From positions 338,912 through 402,911 of the forward strand of contig CAWKFL010000003.1 in assembly GCA_963848855.1 (NCBI GenBank): a stretch of 64,000 bases of DNA, written 5' to 3'. Below, piece after piece: positions 31,397 to 40,705 of this stretch (positions within the stretch are counted from its first letter, which is position 1; every line of letters begins with the position of its first letter). Made by a program: the position numbers and the translations under genes. The notes under the pieces were generated by a model that was not told the origin of the DNA, searched no databases, and worked only from the letters and a program-made list of their open reading frames with translations. The stretch is from an uncultured Actinomycetota bacterium. GTDB lineage: Bacteria; Actinomycetota; Actinomycetes; Mycobacteriales; Mycobacteriaceae.

Positions 31397-32494
31397 TCAG
31401 GCGGGTGTGTCGGCCAACTCGCGGCCGATGCGCAGCAGCTGCCCGGTGGCGTTGCCGACCGCGAACTCCGTCTGCTTGGCGGCCAGGAAATACCTGTGCA
31501 CTGGGTGGTCGAGGTCGATCCCGACGCCGCCGTGCACGTGAACAGTGGTGTGGGCCACGCGATGTCCCGCGTCGGCGGCCCAGAACGCGGCGGTGCCGAC
31601 CTCGACATCGGCGGGTAGCTGTTCGGACAACCGCCACGCCGCCTGGGTCAACGTCAGTCGCAACGCCTTGACGTCGATGTACCCGTCGGCCAGCCGCGAT
31701 GAGACGGCCTGGAAGCTGCCGATCGGCCGGTCGAACTGCTCGCGTTCACGGGCGTAAGACGCGGTGAGCTCCAGCGCCCGCTCGAGCACACCGAGCTGAA
31801 AGGCGCTGCGGCCCAGGGTGCCATGTGTCGTCAGCCACGAAACCACATCGCTGCCGCCGACGACGCGGGTGGTGTCGACCTCGACACCGTGGCACTCCAG
31901 ATGCCCGATGCTGCCGCGGCCTGTGGTTTTCAGCGCGCTGACCGTAACCCCGGCGTCGGCGGCCGCAATCACGAAAACCTGGGTGCCGGAGTCTGTTTCG
32001 GCAGGAACCAGGAAGGCGTCGGCGACAGGGCCGAAGGCGACCTGTGTGCGCGAACCGGTCAGCCGGTACCCGTCACCGCTGGATGTGGCCTGCACCGGCC
32101 CCTGTCCCATCTCGCCCTCGAGTGCGACCGCGATGATCTTCTCGCCGTTGATCGCGGGCGTCGCGAGGTCGTCCTGCAGCTCGCGGCTGCCGAACTTCGC
32201 CAGCGCTCCCGCCCCGAGCACCACGGACTCCAGATATGGCACCGCGGCCAGCTGCCTACCGAGTGCCACCAGCACCGCGACCTGCTCGAGCACGCCAAAG
32301 CCTCCGCCGCCCACCGACTCCGGTGATGCGGCGGACAGCACGTCGGCCTCGATCAGCTTGGTCCACAAATCGCGGTCAAAGCGGGTGTCGAGACCGTCGA
32401 GGTCACGTTGATGCGCCGGGGTGCACACCGACTCGGAGATGGTGCGCACCAATCCGCCGAGATCGGTGGCGGCTTCAGATTGTGAAAAATCCAT
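31397..32494 (-). CDS. fadE27: acyl-CoA dehydrogenase subunit FadE27-like
   Basis: 365 aa, ACAD fold, synteny with Rv3505. Confidence 0.85.
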   Translation of the reverse strand: MDFSQSEAATDLGGLVRTISESVCTPAHQRDLDGLDTRFDRDLWTKLIEADVLSAASPESVGGGGFGVLEQVAVLVALGRQLAAVPYLESVVLGAGALAKFGSRELQDDLATPAINGEKIIAVALEGEMGQGPVQATSSGDGYRLTGSRTQVAFGPVADAFLVPAETDSGTQVFVIAAADAGVTVSALKTTGRGSIGHLECHGVEVDTTRVVGGSDVVSWLTTHGTLGRSAFQLGVLERALELTASYAREREQFDRPIGSFQAVSSRLADGYIDVKALRLTLTQAAWRLSEQLPADVEVGTAAFWAADAGHRVAHTTVHVHGGVGIDLDHPVHRYFLAAKQTEFAVGNATGQLLRIGRELADTPA

Positions 32495-32507
32495 GATCTA
32501 TGTGTCC

Positions 32508-33689
32508 TTACCGGTTGACCCTGGGCAGGCCCAAAGCGACCATTCCGATTATGTCGCGCTGAATCTCGTTGGTGCCGCCGCCGAATGTCAGGATCAGGCA
32601 GCTGCGATGCATCCGTTCGACCCGTCCGCGCAACAGGGCGCCGGGTGAGTCGGGCCGCAGCGTGGCAGCGGTGCCCAGCACCTCCATCAGCAGCCGGTAC
32701 GCCTCGGCGGCCAGCTCCGTGCCGAACACCTTGGCCGCCGACGCGTCGGCGGGCGACGGCGCGGCCTTGTCAGCGGATGCCAGCTCCCAGTTGATCAACT
32801 TGAGCACCTCGGCCTTGGCGTGCACGCGGGCAAGGTTCAACTGCACCCACTCGGAGTCGATCAGCCGCGAGCCGTGCACGTCCTTGGTGTTCTGTGCCCA
32901 CTCCCGAATGGCCCCCAGGGCCGAGAAGATCGGCTGCGCCGACACCAACGCGACACGTTCGTGGTTGAGCTGGTTGGTGACCAGTTTCCAGCCGGCGTTC
33001 TCCTCGCCGACCAGGTTGGTCACCGGCACCCGCACGTCCTGGTAGTAGGTGGCGCTGGTGTCCACACCGGCCATTGTGTGCACCGGGGTCCACGAAAAGC
33101 CGTCCGCCGTCGTCGGCACGATCAGCATCGAGATGCCGCGATGCTTCTTGGCTTCGGGGTTGGTCCGCACGGCCAGCCAGACGTAGTCGGCGTACGCGAT
33201 CAGGCTGGTCCACATCTTCTGGCCGTTAATCACGTAGTCGTCGCCGTCGCGCACCGCGGTGGTGCGCAACGCGGCCAGGTCGGTGCCCGCACCGGGCTCC
33301 GAGTAGCCGATCGAGAAGTGCAGGTCGCCAGAGGCGATCTTGGGCAGGAAGAACTTCTTCTGTTCGTCGGTGCCGAACGCCATGATCGTCGGCGCGACGC
33401 TGTTGATGGTCAGGAACGGCACGGGCACGTTGGCGATCGCGGCCTCGTCGGTGAAGATCAGCCCGTCCATCGGCGGGCGGGCCTGGCCGCCGAACTCCTT
33501 GGGCCAGCTCAACGTGAGCCAACCGTCCTTGCCCATCTGCGCGACCGTCTCGCGGTAGACGTTCCCGCGCCCCATCTCGCCCTCACCGGAGCTCAACGCC
33601 TCCGCCCGCGCGGGCGTCATCAGCTTGGTGAAGTAGGAGCGCAGCTCGCGGCGCAGCTCCTCTTGTTCCGGGGTGTAGCCGATCCGCAT
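32508..33689 (-). CDS. fadE26: acyl-CoA dehydrogenase subunit FadE26-like
   Basis: 393 aa, ACAD fold, synteny with Rv3504. Confidence 0.85.
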   Translation of the reverse strand: MRIGYTPEQEELRRELRSYFTKLMTPARAEALSSGEGEMGRGNVYRETVAQMGKDGWLTLSWPKEFGGQARPPMDGLIFTDEAAIANVPVPFLTINSVAPTIMAFGTDEQKKFFLPKIASGDLHFSIGYSEPGAGTDLAALRTTAVRDGDDYVINGQKMWTSLIAYADYVWLAVRTNPEAKKHRGISMLIVPTTADGFSWTPVHTMAGVDTSATYYQDVRVPVTNLVGEENAGWKLVTNQLNHERVALVSAQPIFSALGAIREWAQNTKDVHGSRLIDSEWVQLNLARVHAKAEVLKLINWELASADKAAPSPADASAAKVFGTELAAEAYRLLMEVLGTAATLRPDSPGALLRGRVERMHRSCLILTFGGGTNEIQRDIIGMVALGLPRVNR

Positions 33690-33748
33690 GGCGTCGTCCT
33701 AACGTCAGATTGACGGGACCCATCGTGCGACCCGGATCCCCACCCGGT

Positions 33749-33762
33749 TGTAACACGTTCTA
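33749..33762. promoter_or_regulatory. KstR-type operator TGTAACACGTTCTA between divergent fadE26 and fdxD
   Basis: Consensus match; the 14-mer is identical to the echA19/fadD19 box. Confidence 0.75.
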
Positions 33763-33832
33763 GTCTTGGGGTCCAGCGAGCGTGGTCGTATCCTGACGGC
33801 GGGTTCATCGGCCCTGCATCGAGGAGGATGTC

Positions 33833-34024
33833 GTGCGAGTTGGAGTTGACCGGGATCGATGCGAGGGCAATGCCGTGTGCCTCGGCATTGCCCCGGACAT
33901 TTTCGATCTGGACGACGAGGATTACGCCGTCGTGAAGACCGACCCGGTACCGGCCGAGCAGGAAGATCTGGCTGACCAGGCGATCGCTGAATGTCCACGG
34001 GCTGCCTTGATCCGCAGAGACTAG
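33833..34024 (+). CDS. fdxD: small 3Fe-4S/4Fe-4S-type ferredoxin FdxD-like
   Basis: 63 aa with CEGNAVC...ECP cysteine pattern. Synteny with Rv3503c. Confidence 0.8.
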   Translation: MRVGVDRDRCEGNAVCLGIAPDIFDLDDEDYAVVKTDPVPAEQEDLADQAIAECPRAALIRRD

Positions 34025-34037
34025 AGGTATTCATAAA

Positions 34038-34964
34038 TTGACACCGAACTCCAGTGCGACCGATCTGTCCGGGCTGGTCGCGGTTGTGACGGGCGCGGCG
34101 GCGGGGCTGGGCCGCGCGGAGGCCATCGGCCTCGCCCGTTCCGGCGCGACGATCGTCGTCAACGACATCGCGTCGGCGCTGGACTCCTCCGACGTCATCG
34201 ACGAGATCTCGTCGGCAGGCTCGAAGGCCGTTGCCGTCGCCGGTGACGTCAGCGAGCGGTCGACGGCCGATGAGCTCATCGAAACGGCTGACGGACTCGG
34301 CGGGCTCGGCATCCTCGTCAACAACGCCGGGATCACCCGCGATCGCATGCTGTTCAACATGACGGACGAAGAATGGGACGCCGTCATCGCGGTTCACCTG
34401 CGGGGGCACTTCCTGTTGACCCGCAACGCGGCAACCTATTGGAGGGCAAAGGCCAAGGAGGCTGACGGTGGCCAAAAAGGACGGGTTTACGGCCGCATCA
34501 TCAACACCTCGTCGGAGGCCGGGCTCGTCGGACCGGTCGGCCAGGCCAACTACGGGGCGGCCAAGGCGGGCATCACCGCGTTGACACTGACGGCGGCGCG
34601 CGCGCTCGAGCGCTACGGAGTGCGGGCGAACGCGATCTGCCCGCGGGCTCGCACCGCGATGACGGCCGATGTGTTTGGTGACGCACCCGACCTAGCCGAA
34701 GGCCAGATCGACGGCCTTTCGCCGGAGCACGTCGTCTCACTTGTCCGCTTTCTCGCGTCCCCGGCGTCCGACGGCGTGAGCGGTCAGGTGTTCATCGTTT
34801 ACGGCCCGACGGTGACCCTGCTGGCCGCGCCGACGGTCGAACAGCAGTTCACCGCGGACGCTGACGCATGGGAGCCGGACGAATTGAGCGCGACGCTGCA
34901 AGACTTCTTCGCAGGCCGTGAGCTCGAGCGGGGCTTTTCGGCGACCAACCTGATGGGGCGCTGA
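34038..34964 (+). CDS. hsd4A: short-chain dehydrogenase, 17-beta-hydroxysteroid/3-hydroxyacyl-CoA dehydrogenase Hsd4A-like
   Basis: TGAAAGLG cofactor motif and YGAAK catalytic motif. Synteny with Rv3502c. Confidence 0.8.
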   Translation: MTPNSSATDLSGLVAVVTGAAAGLGRAEAIGLARSGATIVVNDIASALDSSDVIDEISSAGSKAVAVAGDVSERSTADELIETADGLGGLGILVNNAGITRDRMLFNMTDEEWDAVIAVHLRGHFLLTRNAATYWRAKAKEADGGQKGRVYGRIINTSSEAGLVGPVGQANYGAAKAGITALTLTAARALERYGVRANAICPRARTAMTADVFGDAPDLAEGQIDGLSPEHVVSLVRFLASPASDGVSGQVFIVYGPTVTLLAAPTVEQQFTADADAWEPDELSATLQDFFAGRELERGFSATNLMGR

Positions 34965-34985
34965 CGTCCAGCGGGATGTCCGCTG

Positions 34986-36947
34986 TCACGTCCTGCGCCG
35001 CGCCGCCAGGTCAACATAGAACTGCAGTGCGGCGGGATCGGCAACCGCCGCGGCGTTGAACGCCTTTTCGGGTGAGATTCCCTGAAAGATCCGCTTGACC
35101 GGAACCTCGAGTCGCTTGCCGGTCCGCGTGCGGGGGACGGCCGGTACCGTGATCACCTCGTCAGGCACATGTCGGCGGCTGACCTCCGAAGCGATCCGCT
35201 GGCGGATCAGGCCAGTCAGATCGGCGTCGACTTCGGGTCCGCCCGCCGCTGGGACCACGAACAGCGGCATCCAGTAACCGTCCGGCTCCTCGACCCCGAT
35301 CAGCAGGCTGTCGGCGATCTCGGGCATCGCGTCAAGGACCGCGTACACGTCGGCAGTGCCCGTCCGCACCCCGCCGCGGTTCAGAGTCGCATCCGACCGG
35401 CCCGACACGATCGCGGTGCCGCGGTCGGTGAGCTCCAGCCAGTCGCCATGCCGCCACACCCCCGGATACGTGTCGAAGTAGGCGTCGCGGTAGCGCGAGC
35501 CGTCGGGGTCGTTCCAGAACCGAGTCGGCAACGACGGCATCGGTGCGGTCACGACGAGTTCGCCCTCGGCACCACGTACGGGGTGTCCGGCCGGATCCCA
35601 CGCGTCCACCGCGACACCCAGCAGCGGGCCGCTGATTTCACCGGCATACACCGGCAGCAGGGGCGATCCGCCGACGAAGCCCGAGACGATGTCCGTGCCA
35701 CCGCTGGCCGACGCGAGGTGAACATCGGGTGCGACGGCGTCGTACACCCACGCCGCGGTCGCTGCGGGCAGCGGTGACCCGGTCGACCCGATCGAGCGGA
35801 CTGCGCCGAGGTCGTGATGCTGTCCGGGTCGCAGGCCGGCCCTGGCGCACGCGGTCAGGTAGCCCGCGCTGGTGCCGAGATAGGTGACGCCGCAGTCCTG
35901 GGCAAGCGCCCACAGCGCGGACAGGTCGGGGTGGGTGGGACTGCCGTCGTACAGCACCGCTGTCGCGCCGGTCAGCAATCCGGAGACGACGACATTCCAC
36001 ATCATCCAAGCCGTGGACGTGTACCAGAAGAAGCGGTCGCCCTGGCCGACGTCCATGTGAAGGCCGACGGCCTTGAGCTGTTCGAGCGCCACGCCGCCGT
36101 GACTGTGCACGATCCCCTTCGGCGCACCGGTCGTGCCAGAAGAGAACAGGATCCACAGCGGATGCTCGAAGGCCACCGCGGTGAAGTCGGGCTCAACCTC
36201 GTTTGCGACGGTGTCCCGCCACGACAGCCAGCCATCGGGCACCACACCCGTATCGAGCGCGTCGATCCAAATGGCGTGACGCACCGACGGGAGCGCCGCC
36301 CGCACGGTGCGCATCTCGTCGGCCCGCGGATGTGCGGCGCCGCCGAAGCGATACCCGTCGGTGTCGATGAACACTGCCGGTGCGGTCTGACCCAGCCGTT
36401 CGGCCACCGCGTGCGTGCCGAAATCCGGTGAGCAGCCGCACCATATCGCGCCGACCGCGGCGGCTCCGAGCATCGCTGTCACCGCGTGTTCGGCGTTCGA
36501 CACCACACCGGCGACCCGCTCGCCCGCGGTGACACCGAGATCGCGAAGGGTCGCGGCGAAGGCCCCTACCTGCCATCGCAGGCGGTCGGCGCTGACCGCG
36601 CGCGGCTCGCTGTCCTCTGACACCACCACGAGGGCGGCCGTGTCTGGAACCAATTGCCGCAGCGCGAGCTCGGCGAAGTTCAGCTGCCGCCCGGGGAACC
36701 ACTGTGCACCCGGCATCCGCATATCACCGAGCACCGTCGACGCATCGACGTCGCGAAGGACGTCGAAATACGCTGCGACGTCGGCCCAGAATGCGTCGAG
36801 GTTGTCGACAGACCAGCGGTGCACAGCGAAGTAATCCGCGAACTCGACACCGCGACGGTCCTGGACCCACCGCACGAAGTCGGTCATCCTGCTGGCCGCG
36901 GCTCGCTCCGGCGATGGCCTCCACAGCAGCTGGGGGGAGGCCGTCAT
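34986..36947 (-). CDS. acetoacetyl-CoA synthetase (acetoacetate-CoA ligase)
   Basis: 653 aa from ATG 36947 (MTASPQLLWRPSPERAAASRMTDFVRWVQ...), with ILFSSGTTGAPKGIVH and an AMP-binding core. The start is 1 nt after the cupin stop. Confidence 0.8.
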   Translation of the reverse strand: MTASPQLLWRPSPERAAASRMTDFVRWVQDRRGVEFADYFAVHRWSVDNLDAFWADVAAYFDVLRDVDASTVLGDMRMPGAQWFPGRQLNFAELALRQLVPDTAALVVVSEDSEPRAVSADRLRWQVGAFAATLRDLGVTAGERVAGVVSNAEHAVTAMLGAAAVGAIWCGCSPDFGTHAVAERLGQTAPAVFIDTDGYRFGGAAHPRADEMRTVRAALPSVRHAIWIDALDTGVVPDGWLSWRDTVANEVEPDFTAVAFEHPLWILFSSGTTGAPKGIVHSHGGVALEQLKAVGLHMDVGQGDRFFWYTSTAWMMWNVVVSGLLTGATAVLYDGSPTHPDLSALWALAQDCGVTYLGTSAGYLTACARAGLRPGQHHDLGAVRSIGSTGSPLPAATAAWVYDAVAPDVHLASASGGTDIVSGFVGGSPLLPVYAGEISGPLLGVAVDAWDPAGHPVRGAEGELVVTAPMPSLPTRFWNDPDGSRYRDAYFDTYPGVWRHGDWLELTDRGTAIVSGRSDATLNRGGVRTGTADVYAVLDAMPEIADSLLIGVEEPDGYWMPLFVVPAAGGPEVDADLTGLIRQRIASEVSRRHVPDEVITVPAVPRTRTGKRLEVPVKRIFQGISPEKAFNAAAVADPAALQFYVDLAARRRT

Positions 36948-36948
36948 C

Positions 36949-37386
36949 TCAGTCGAGCGGAGGCTCGACGTAGAACTTGCCGAGCGGGGTGCCGTCGTCG
37001 GCGTACACACCGTCGTTGTAGATGCCGATGTTCGCGAACCGTTCGCTGGTGCTGGTGTTGATGAACTTGTGGATGACCCCACGAGGTATGTAAATGAAAT
37101 CGCCTGCCGCGACTTTCTGTTCGAGCTTCTCGTAGTTCTCGGTGTAGGTCACCAGCGTTATCTGACCCTCCAGCACATAGCACGCACCGTCGGAATGCAG
37201 GTGGAAGTGTGCCCTGGTGGCCTGGCCCGGCTCCAGGTACGCGGTATGCACATTCAGCCGCGGCGAGCCAGTCTGAGTGCCGATGCCGAAGCCGTGCGGC
37301 ATCGTCGCCTCGTAACCGGTTTCGGCCTTGACGTCGCTGCCCTTGACAACAACGACGCCCGCGGTGTCCGGCGCCTTTTCTGACAT
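36949..37386 (-). CDS. cupin-domain metalloprotein
   Basis: Both classical cupin motifs are present (HFHLHSDGACYVLEG and GDFIYIPRGVIHKFIN). ATG 37386 has GAAGGAG 6 nt upstream. Confidence 0.7.
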   Translation of the reverse strand: MSEKAPDTAGVVVVKGSDVKAETGYEATMPHGFGIGTQTGSPRLNVHTAYLEPGQATRAHFHLHSDGACYVLEGQITLVTYTENYEKLEQKVAAGDFIYIPRGVIHKFINTSTSERFANIGIYNDGVYADDGTPLGKFYVEPPLD

Positions 37387-37436
37387 ACCGTGCTCCTTCT
37401 CTTCGGTGTCCCCGAAAGACATTCGTGGACAATGTG

Positions 37437-38015
37437 TTACGGCGCTGAATCGGTCCCGTAGGTCAGCCAGTCCGTTCCCGTGCCGAACACCACCGCTGTG
37501 GGCGGAGGAGCCTCGGCCATGTTCATGATCATCGCCAGGGTGGTGTAATAACCGGCGATGGTGGTGATCTCGACGATCCCGGCTTCGGTGAATGTCGTCA
37601 CGGCGAGGCGGTAGGTCTCATCGTCGATCCGATGGCGGTTCATGAGTTGCATGACGGCGCGCAGGGCGGTGTCGAATTCTTCGGAGAGTCCGTGAGGCCG
37701 TTCGCCCGCCAATAGATCGGCGCACGCCGACTCGGGTACGCCTGCCGCCACCGCCAATGGCAGATGGTGTCCCCACTCGAACTCCTGCTCCCAGAACCGC
37801 GCCACGGCAAGCACGATCAGTTCCCGCACTGCCGGCCTGATCGCGAGATCGGTGAAGCGCAAATGCGTGCCGACTGCCTGAACCCGTCGCAGCAATTCGG
37901 GGCTCCGCAACAACGCGACGAACGGGCCGGTGATGTCGCCGCGGGGGCCCTGACGGAGCTCGTCGGCGGCTTCGCGTTGGGCGGGGCTCAGCTCATCCCA
38001 TGGCGGCATCTGCAT
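37437..38015 (-). CDS. carboxymuconolactone decarboxylase (CMD/AhpD-like) family protein
   Basis: 192 aa from ATG 38015. The family call rests on overall resemblance; the upstream extension in the track overlaps the flavin reductase gene. Confidence 0.55.
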   Translation of the reverse strand: MQMPPWDELSPAQREAADELRQGPRGDITGPFVALLRSPELLRRVQAVGTHLRFTDLAIRPAVRELIVLAVARFWEQEFEWGHHLPLAVAAGVPESACADLLAGERPHGLSEEFDTALRAVMQLMNRHRIDDETYRLAVTTFTEAGIVEITTIAGYYTTLAMIMNMAEAPPPTAVVFGTGTDWLTYGTDSAP

Positions 38016-38029
38016 CCGCGAGGTGCCGG

Positions 38030-38560
38030 TCAACCCGTCACCACTGCGGGGGCATGGGGCGCGAATGCGCCGAACGCGCGGTCGAAGGACACCAGAGGCT
38101 CTCCCGGTCTCGTTGCGGAATGGATCACCCGACCCAACAAGATCACATGGTCGCCGCCCGGAATCGATTGGTGACGAGTGCATTCCAGGTGCGAAATTGC
38201 CTCGCGGATCAACGGGACGCCGGACGCGGCACCCCTGAAGTGGTCCTCATCGGTGAATTTCAGGGCGCCTACGGTGGCGTAGCGCCGCGCGACATCTGAC
38301 TGGTGTGCGGCGAGGATCGAGATGCCGAAGGATTCGCATTCCGACAGATGCACGAAGCTGTGCGCCGATCGGTCGACGCAAACCAGCACCAGTGGTGGGT
38401 CCAGCGACAGCGAGGTGAACGAGCTCGCGGTGATGCCGATCGGCTGGCCATCGGCCGTCCTTGTCGTCGTCACCGTCACGCCACTGGCGAATCGGGCCAG
38501 CACACCGCGCAGCAGGAAGTGATCGGCCAGCTGCGTCCTGGTCGGCGTCGCGGGCTCCAC
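38030..38560 (-). CDS. flavin reductase (HpaC/NtaB-like, split-barrel)
   Basis: 176 aa with FASGVTVVTT...ASSFTSLSLDPPLVLVC signature. Confidence 0.75.
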   Translation of the reverse strand: MEPATPTRTQLADHFLLRGVLARFASGVTVTTTRTADGQPIGITASSFTSLSLDPPLVLVCVDRSAHSFVHLSECESFGISILAAHQSDVARRYATVGALKFTDEDHFRGAASGVPLIREAISHLECTRHQSIPGGDHVILLGRVIHSATRPGEPLVSFDRAFGAFAPHAPAVVTG

Positions 38561-38694
38561 GTTTCAAGTCTGGCAGTGGGCAGCGCTCCAAGGGAGTACG
38601 GAAGTCGATGGATTTGCGCGACGAGTTCACGTGACCCGGCACAGACGCAGGCCCACCGGTGGCACTTCACTGAAGAGGACGGGAAGGAACGTCG

Positions 38695-39477
38695 ATGCCT
38701 CTTGCCCAGCCCGCCGCAATCACCATCACGTCGGCGGCACACCCCGATGAGTGTCCCGTTGTCCTTATTCATCCGCTCGCCGCTGACCAGTCGATTTGGC
38801 ACGATGTCGTCGCGGCCCTCGGGCCGCGTTGCGTCGTCACCTTCGACGTACCGGGCCACGGCCGCAGCGTGGTGCCGGAAGCGCCATGGACGATGGCCGA
38901 TCTCGCCGACCAACTCGCGGCCCTGATGGACGCCGAGGGTTACGACCGCGCACACGTCGCCGGAATGTCGCTGGGCGGCACTGCGGCACTGCAGTTCGCG
39001 CTCGACCATCCCCGGCGGGTGGCGAGCATCGTCGCCGCGGACTGCGTGCCGCACTACCCAGACGACGTCGCCGCGATGCTGCGGTCGCGGGCCGACGATG
39101 CGCGGACGTCCGGGATGGCGGCGATCGCCGATTCGGTGCTCGCGGGGTGGTTCACAACGAATGCCCGGCAGGCCACGTCCGAGATCGTCGCGAACGCTAG
39201 AGCAGCGTTTCTCACAACCCCTTCGGAGGGCTACGCGATGGCCGTTGACGCGCTCATCGGGACCGATCTCCGGCAGCGCATCTCCCGGATCGACTGCCCC
39301 ACCTTGTTGGTCTGCGGTCGCGACGACCTGCCCGCGATGAGGGATGCCGCGCTGTCGATGGCGGGAGAGATCCAGGGGTCCCGCCTGGAATGGGTACCGG
39401 GTGCCCACGCCGCCCCCATCGAGCATGCGACCGAATTCGCGCGCTTGCTGGCTGACTTCGTCGACTCCTTCAGATGA
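38695..39477 (+). CDS. alpha/beta hydrolase, 3-oxoadipate enol-lactonase-like
   Basis: 260 aa with nucleophile elbow GMSLGG and a C-terminal His region (GAHAAPIEH). Confidence 0.7.
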   Translation: MPLAQPAAITITSAAHPDECPVVLIHPLAADQSIWHDVVAALGPRCVVTFDVPGHGRSVVPEAPWTMADLADQLAALMDAEGYDRAHVAGMSLGGTAALQFALDHPRRVASIVAADCVPHYPDDVAAMLRSRADDARTSGMAAIADSVLAGWFTTNARQATSEIVANARAAFLTTPSEGYAMAVDALIGTDLRQRISRIDCPTLLVCGRDDLPAMRDAALSMAGEIQGSRLEWVPGAHAAPIEHATEFARLLADFVDSFR

Positions 39478-40705
39478 CGAGGCGTTGCAGGCGAAGCGCA
39501 ACCTGCAGCTCGATGCGGCGATCGGCCGGTCTGCCGCCCAACAGGGCCTCGGCCCGGCGCAGCCGGTTGCGCACGGTGTGTTCATGCAGCCGCAGCTGCT
39601 CGGCGGCGTCGACGTGACTGCGGGCGGTGCACCATGCCAGCAGCGTCTCACGCAACCGGGCGCTGGCCGCGCTGTTGTCGGCAAGCGGTCCGAGCTCGTC
39701 GAGTACGAACCGCCGCGCCGATTCGATGTCGTTGAGCAGCAACGCTTCCAGGCGGACATCGGAGAAGCGCAGCACGTCGGGGGCTTCGCGCCAGTATCGC
39801 CGGACTTCCTCGACGCGGGCGACGTCGTGGTAGCCCGCACGGAACCCGTCGACACCGCTTGCCGGCTCACCGATCGCCGCCTGGGCCCCGGCCTTGCGTA
39901 GCTCGGCGGCGATATCGTCGAGCTGAGCCTGTGTCCAGGCTTCCCGTCTGCCGAGCCACACCACCACCTCGTCGATGCTCATGCGGCTGATGAGCACGTG
40001 CTGGGCGCCGGTGCCCGCCAGCAGTTTTGAGCCGAGAATGCGAGCGTCGTTGTCCGACACCTGGCCGAGCCGGACGGCGACGTGGGCGTCGGTCAGGTCG
40101 TAGCGGAGGGTGTAGTACAGGTCGGCGGGAGTGGACGGTAATCCGCCGCCGATGATTTCGCGCACCAGCGCATCGCGCGCCTTTACTCCCGAGCGTCGCA
40201 GCGCCTCGTCCTGGCGCGCATAAGCGTTGTCGACGGTCGCCATGACGAAGTCGAACCAACTCAGGATGCGGGCCGTCGAAAACCGGAGTGCCACAAAGCC
40301 TTCAGTCGGATCGATGCCGTCGCGCTCGATGCATGTCGCCAGCCAGTCGGCCCAGTGCGACCACAACACCTGCAGTCCCACGCGGTAGGAACGCTGCAGC
40401 GCTGCCTGTGGAATGCCGAGTTCGGCCTGTGTCCTGGCGAATTCGACCGGTCGGGTGAGCAGGCCGTCCCTCAGCGCCACTCGCCCGGACAGGTGATCCC
40501 GCAACACGGTGAGGTTCTCGGTGACGCTGCCGCGCAGCATGCGCCGGAAGCCGTCCTCACCGTCGCGGTCGGGAAACGCCGCTTTGATGTCGGCATCCAT
40601 CAACGGTTCGCACACCTCGCCGATGTCCCATCCGGGGGCAACCACCTCGCTGAGGTAGTTCTCGATCCGGATGTCGACGTCGGTCAGGCTGTCGGTCAGC
40701 GTCAC
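39470..40705 (-). CDS. PucR/CdaR-family transcriptional regulator
   Basis: C-terminal HTH ...LRLHEHTVRNRLRRAEALLG. The GTG at 40705 overlaps the tctA stop (GTGA); the track start at 40765 is an alternative. Confidence 0.65.
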   Translation of the reverse strand: MTLTDSLTDVDIRIENYLSEVVAPGWDIGEVCEPLMDADIKAAFPDRDGEDGFRRMLRGSVTENLTVLRDHLSGRVALRDGLLTRPVEFARTQAELGIPQAALQRSYRVGLQVLWSHWADWLATCIERDGIDPTEGFVALRFSTARILSWFDFVMATVDNAYARQDEALRRSGVKARDALVREIIGGGLPSTPADLYYTLRYDLTDAHVAVRLGQVSDNDARILGSKLLAGTGAQHVLISRMSIDEVVVWLGRREAWTQAQLDDIAAELRKAGAQAAIGEPASGVDGFRAGYHDVARVEEVRRYWREAPDVLRFSDVRLEALLLNDIESARRFVLDELGPLADNSAASARLRETLLAWCTARSHVDAAEQLRLHEHTVRNRLRRAEALLGGRPADRRIELQVALRLQRLVI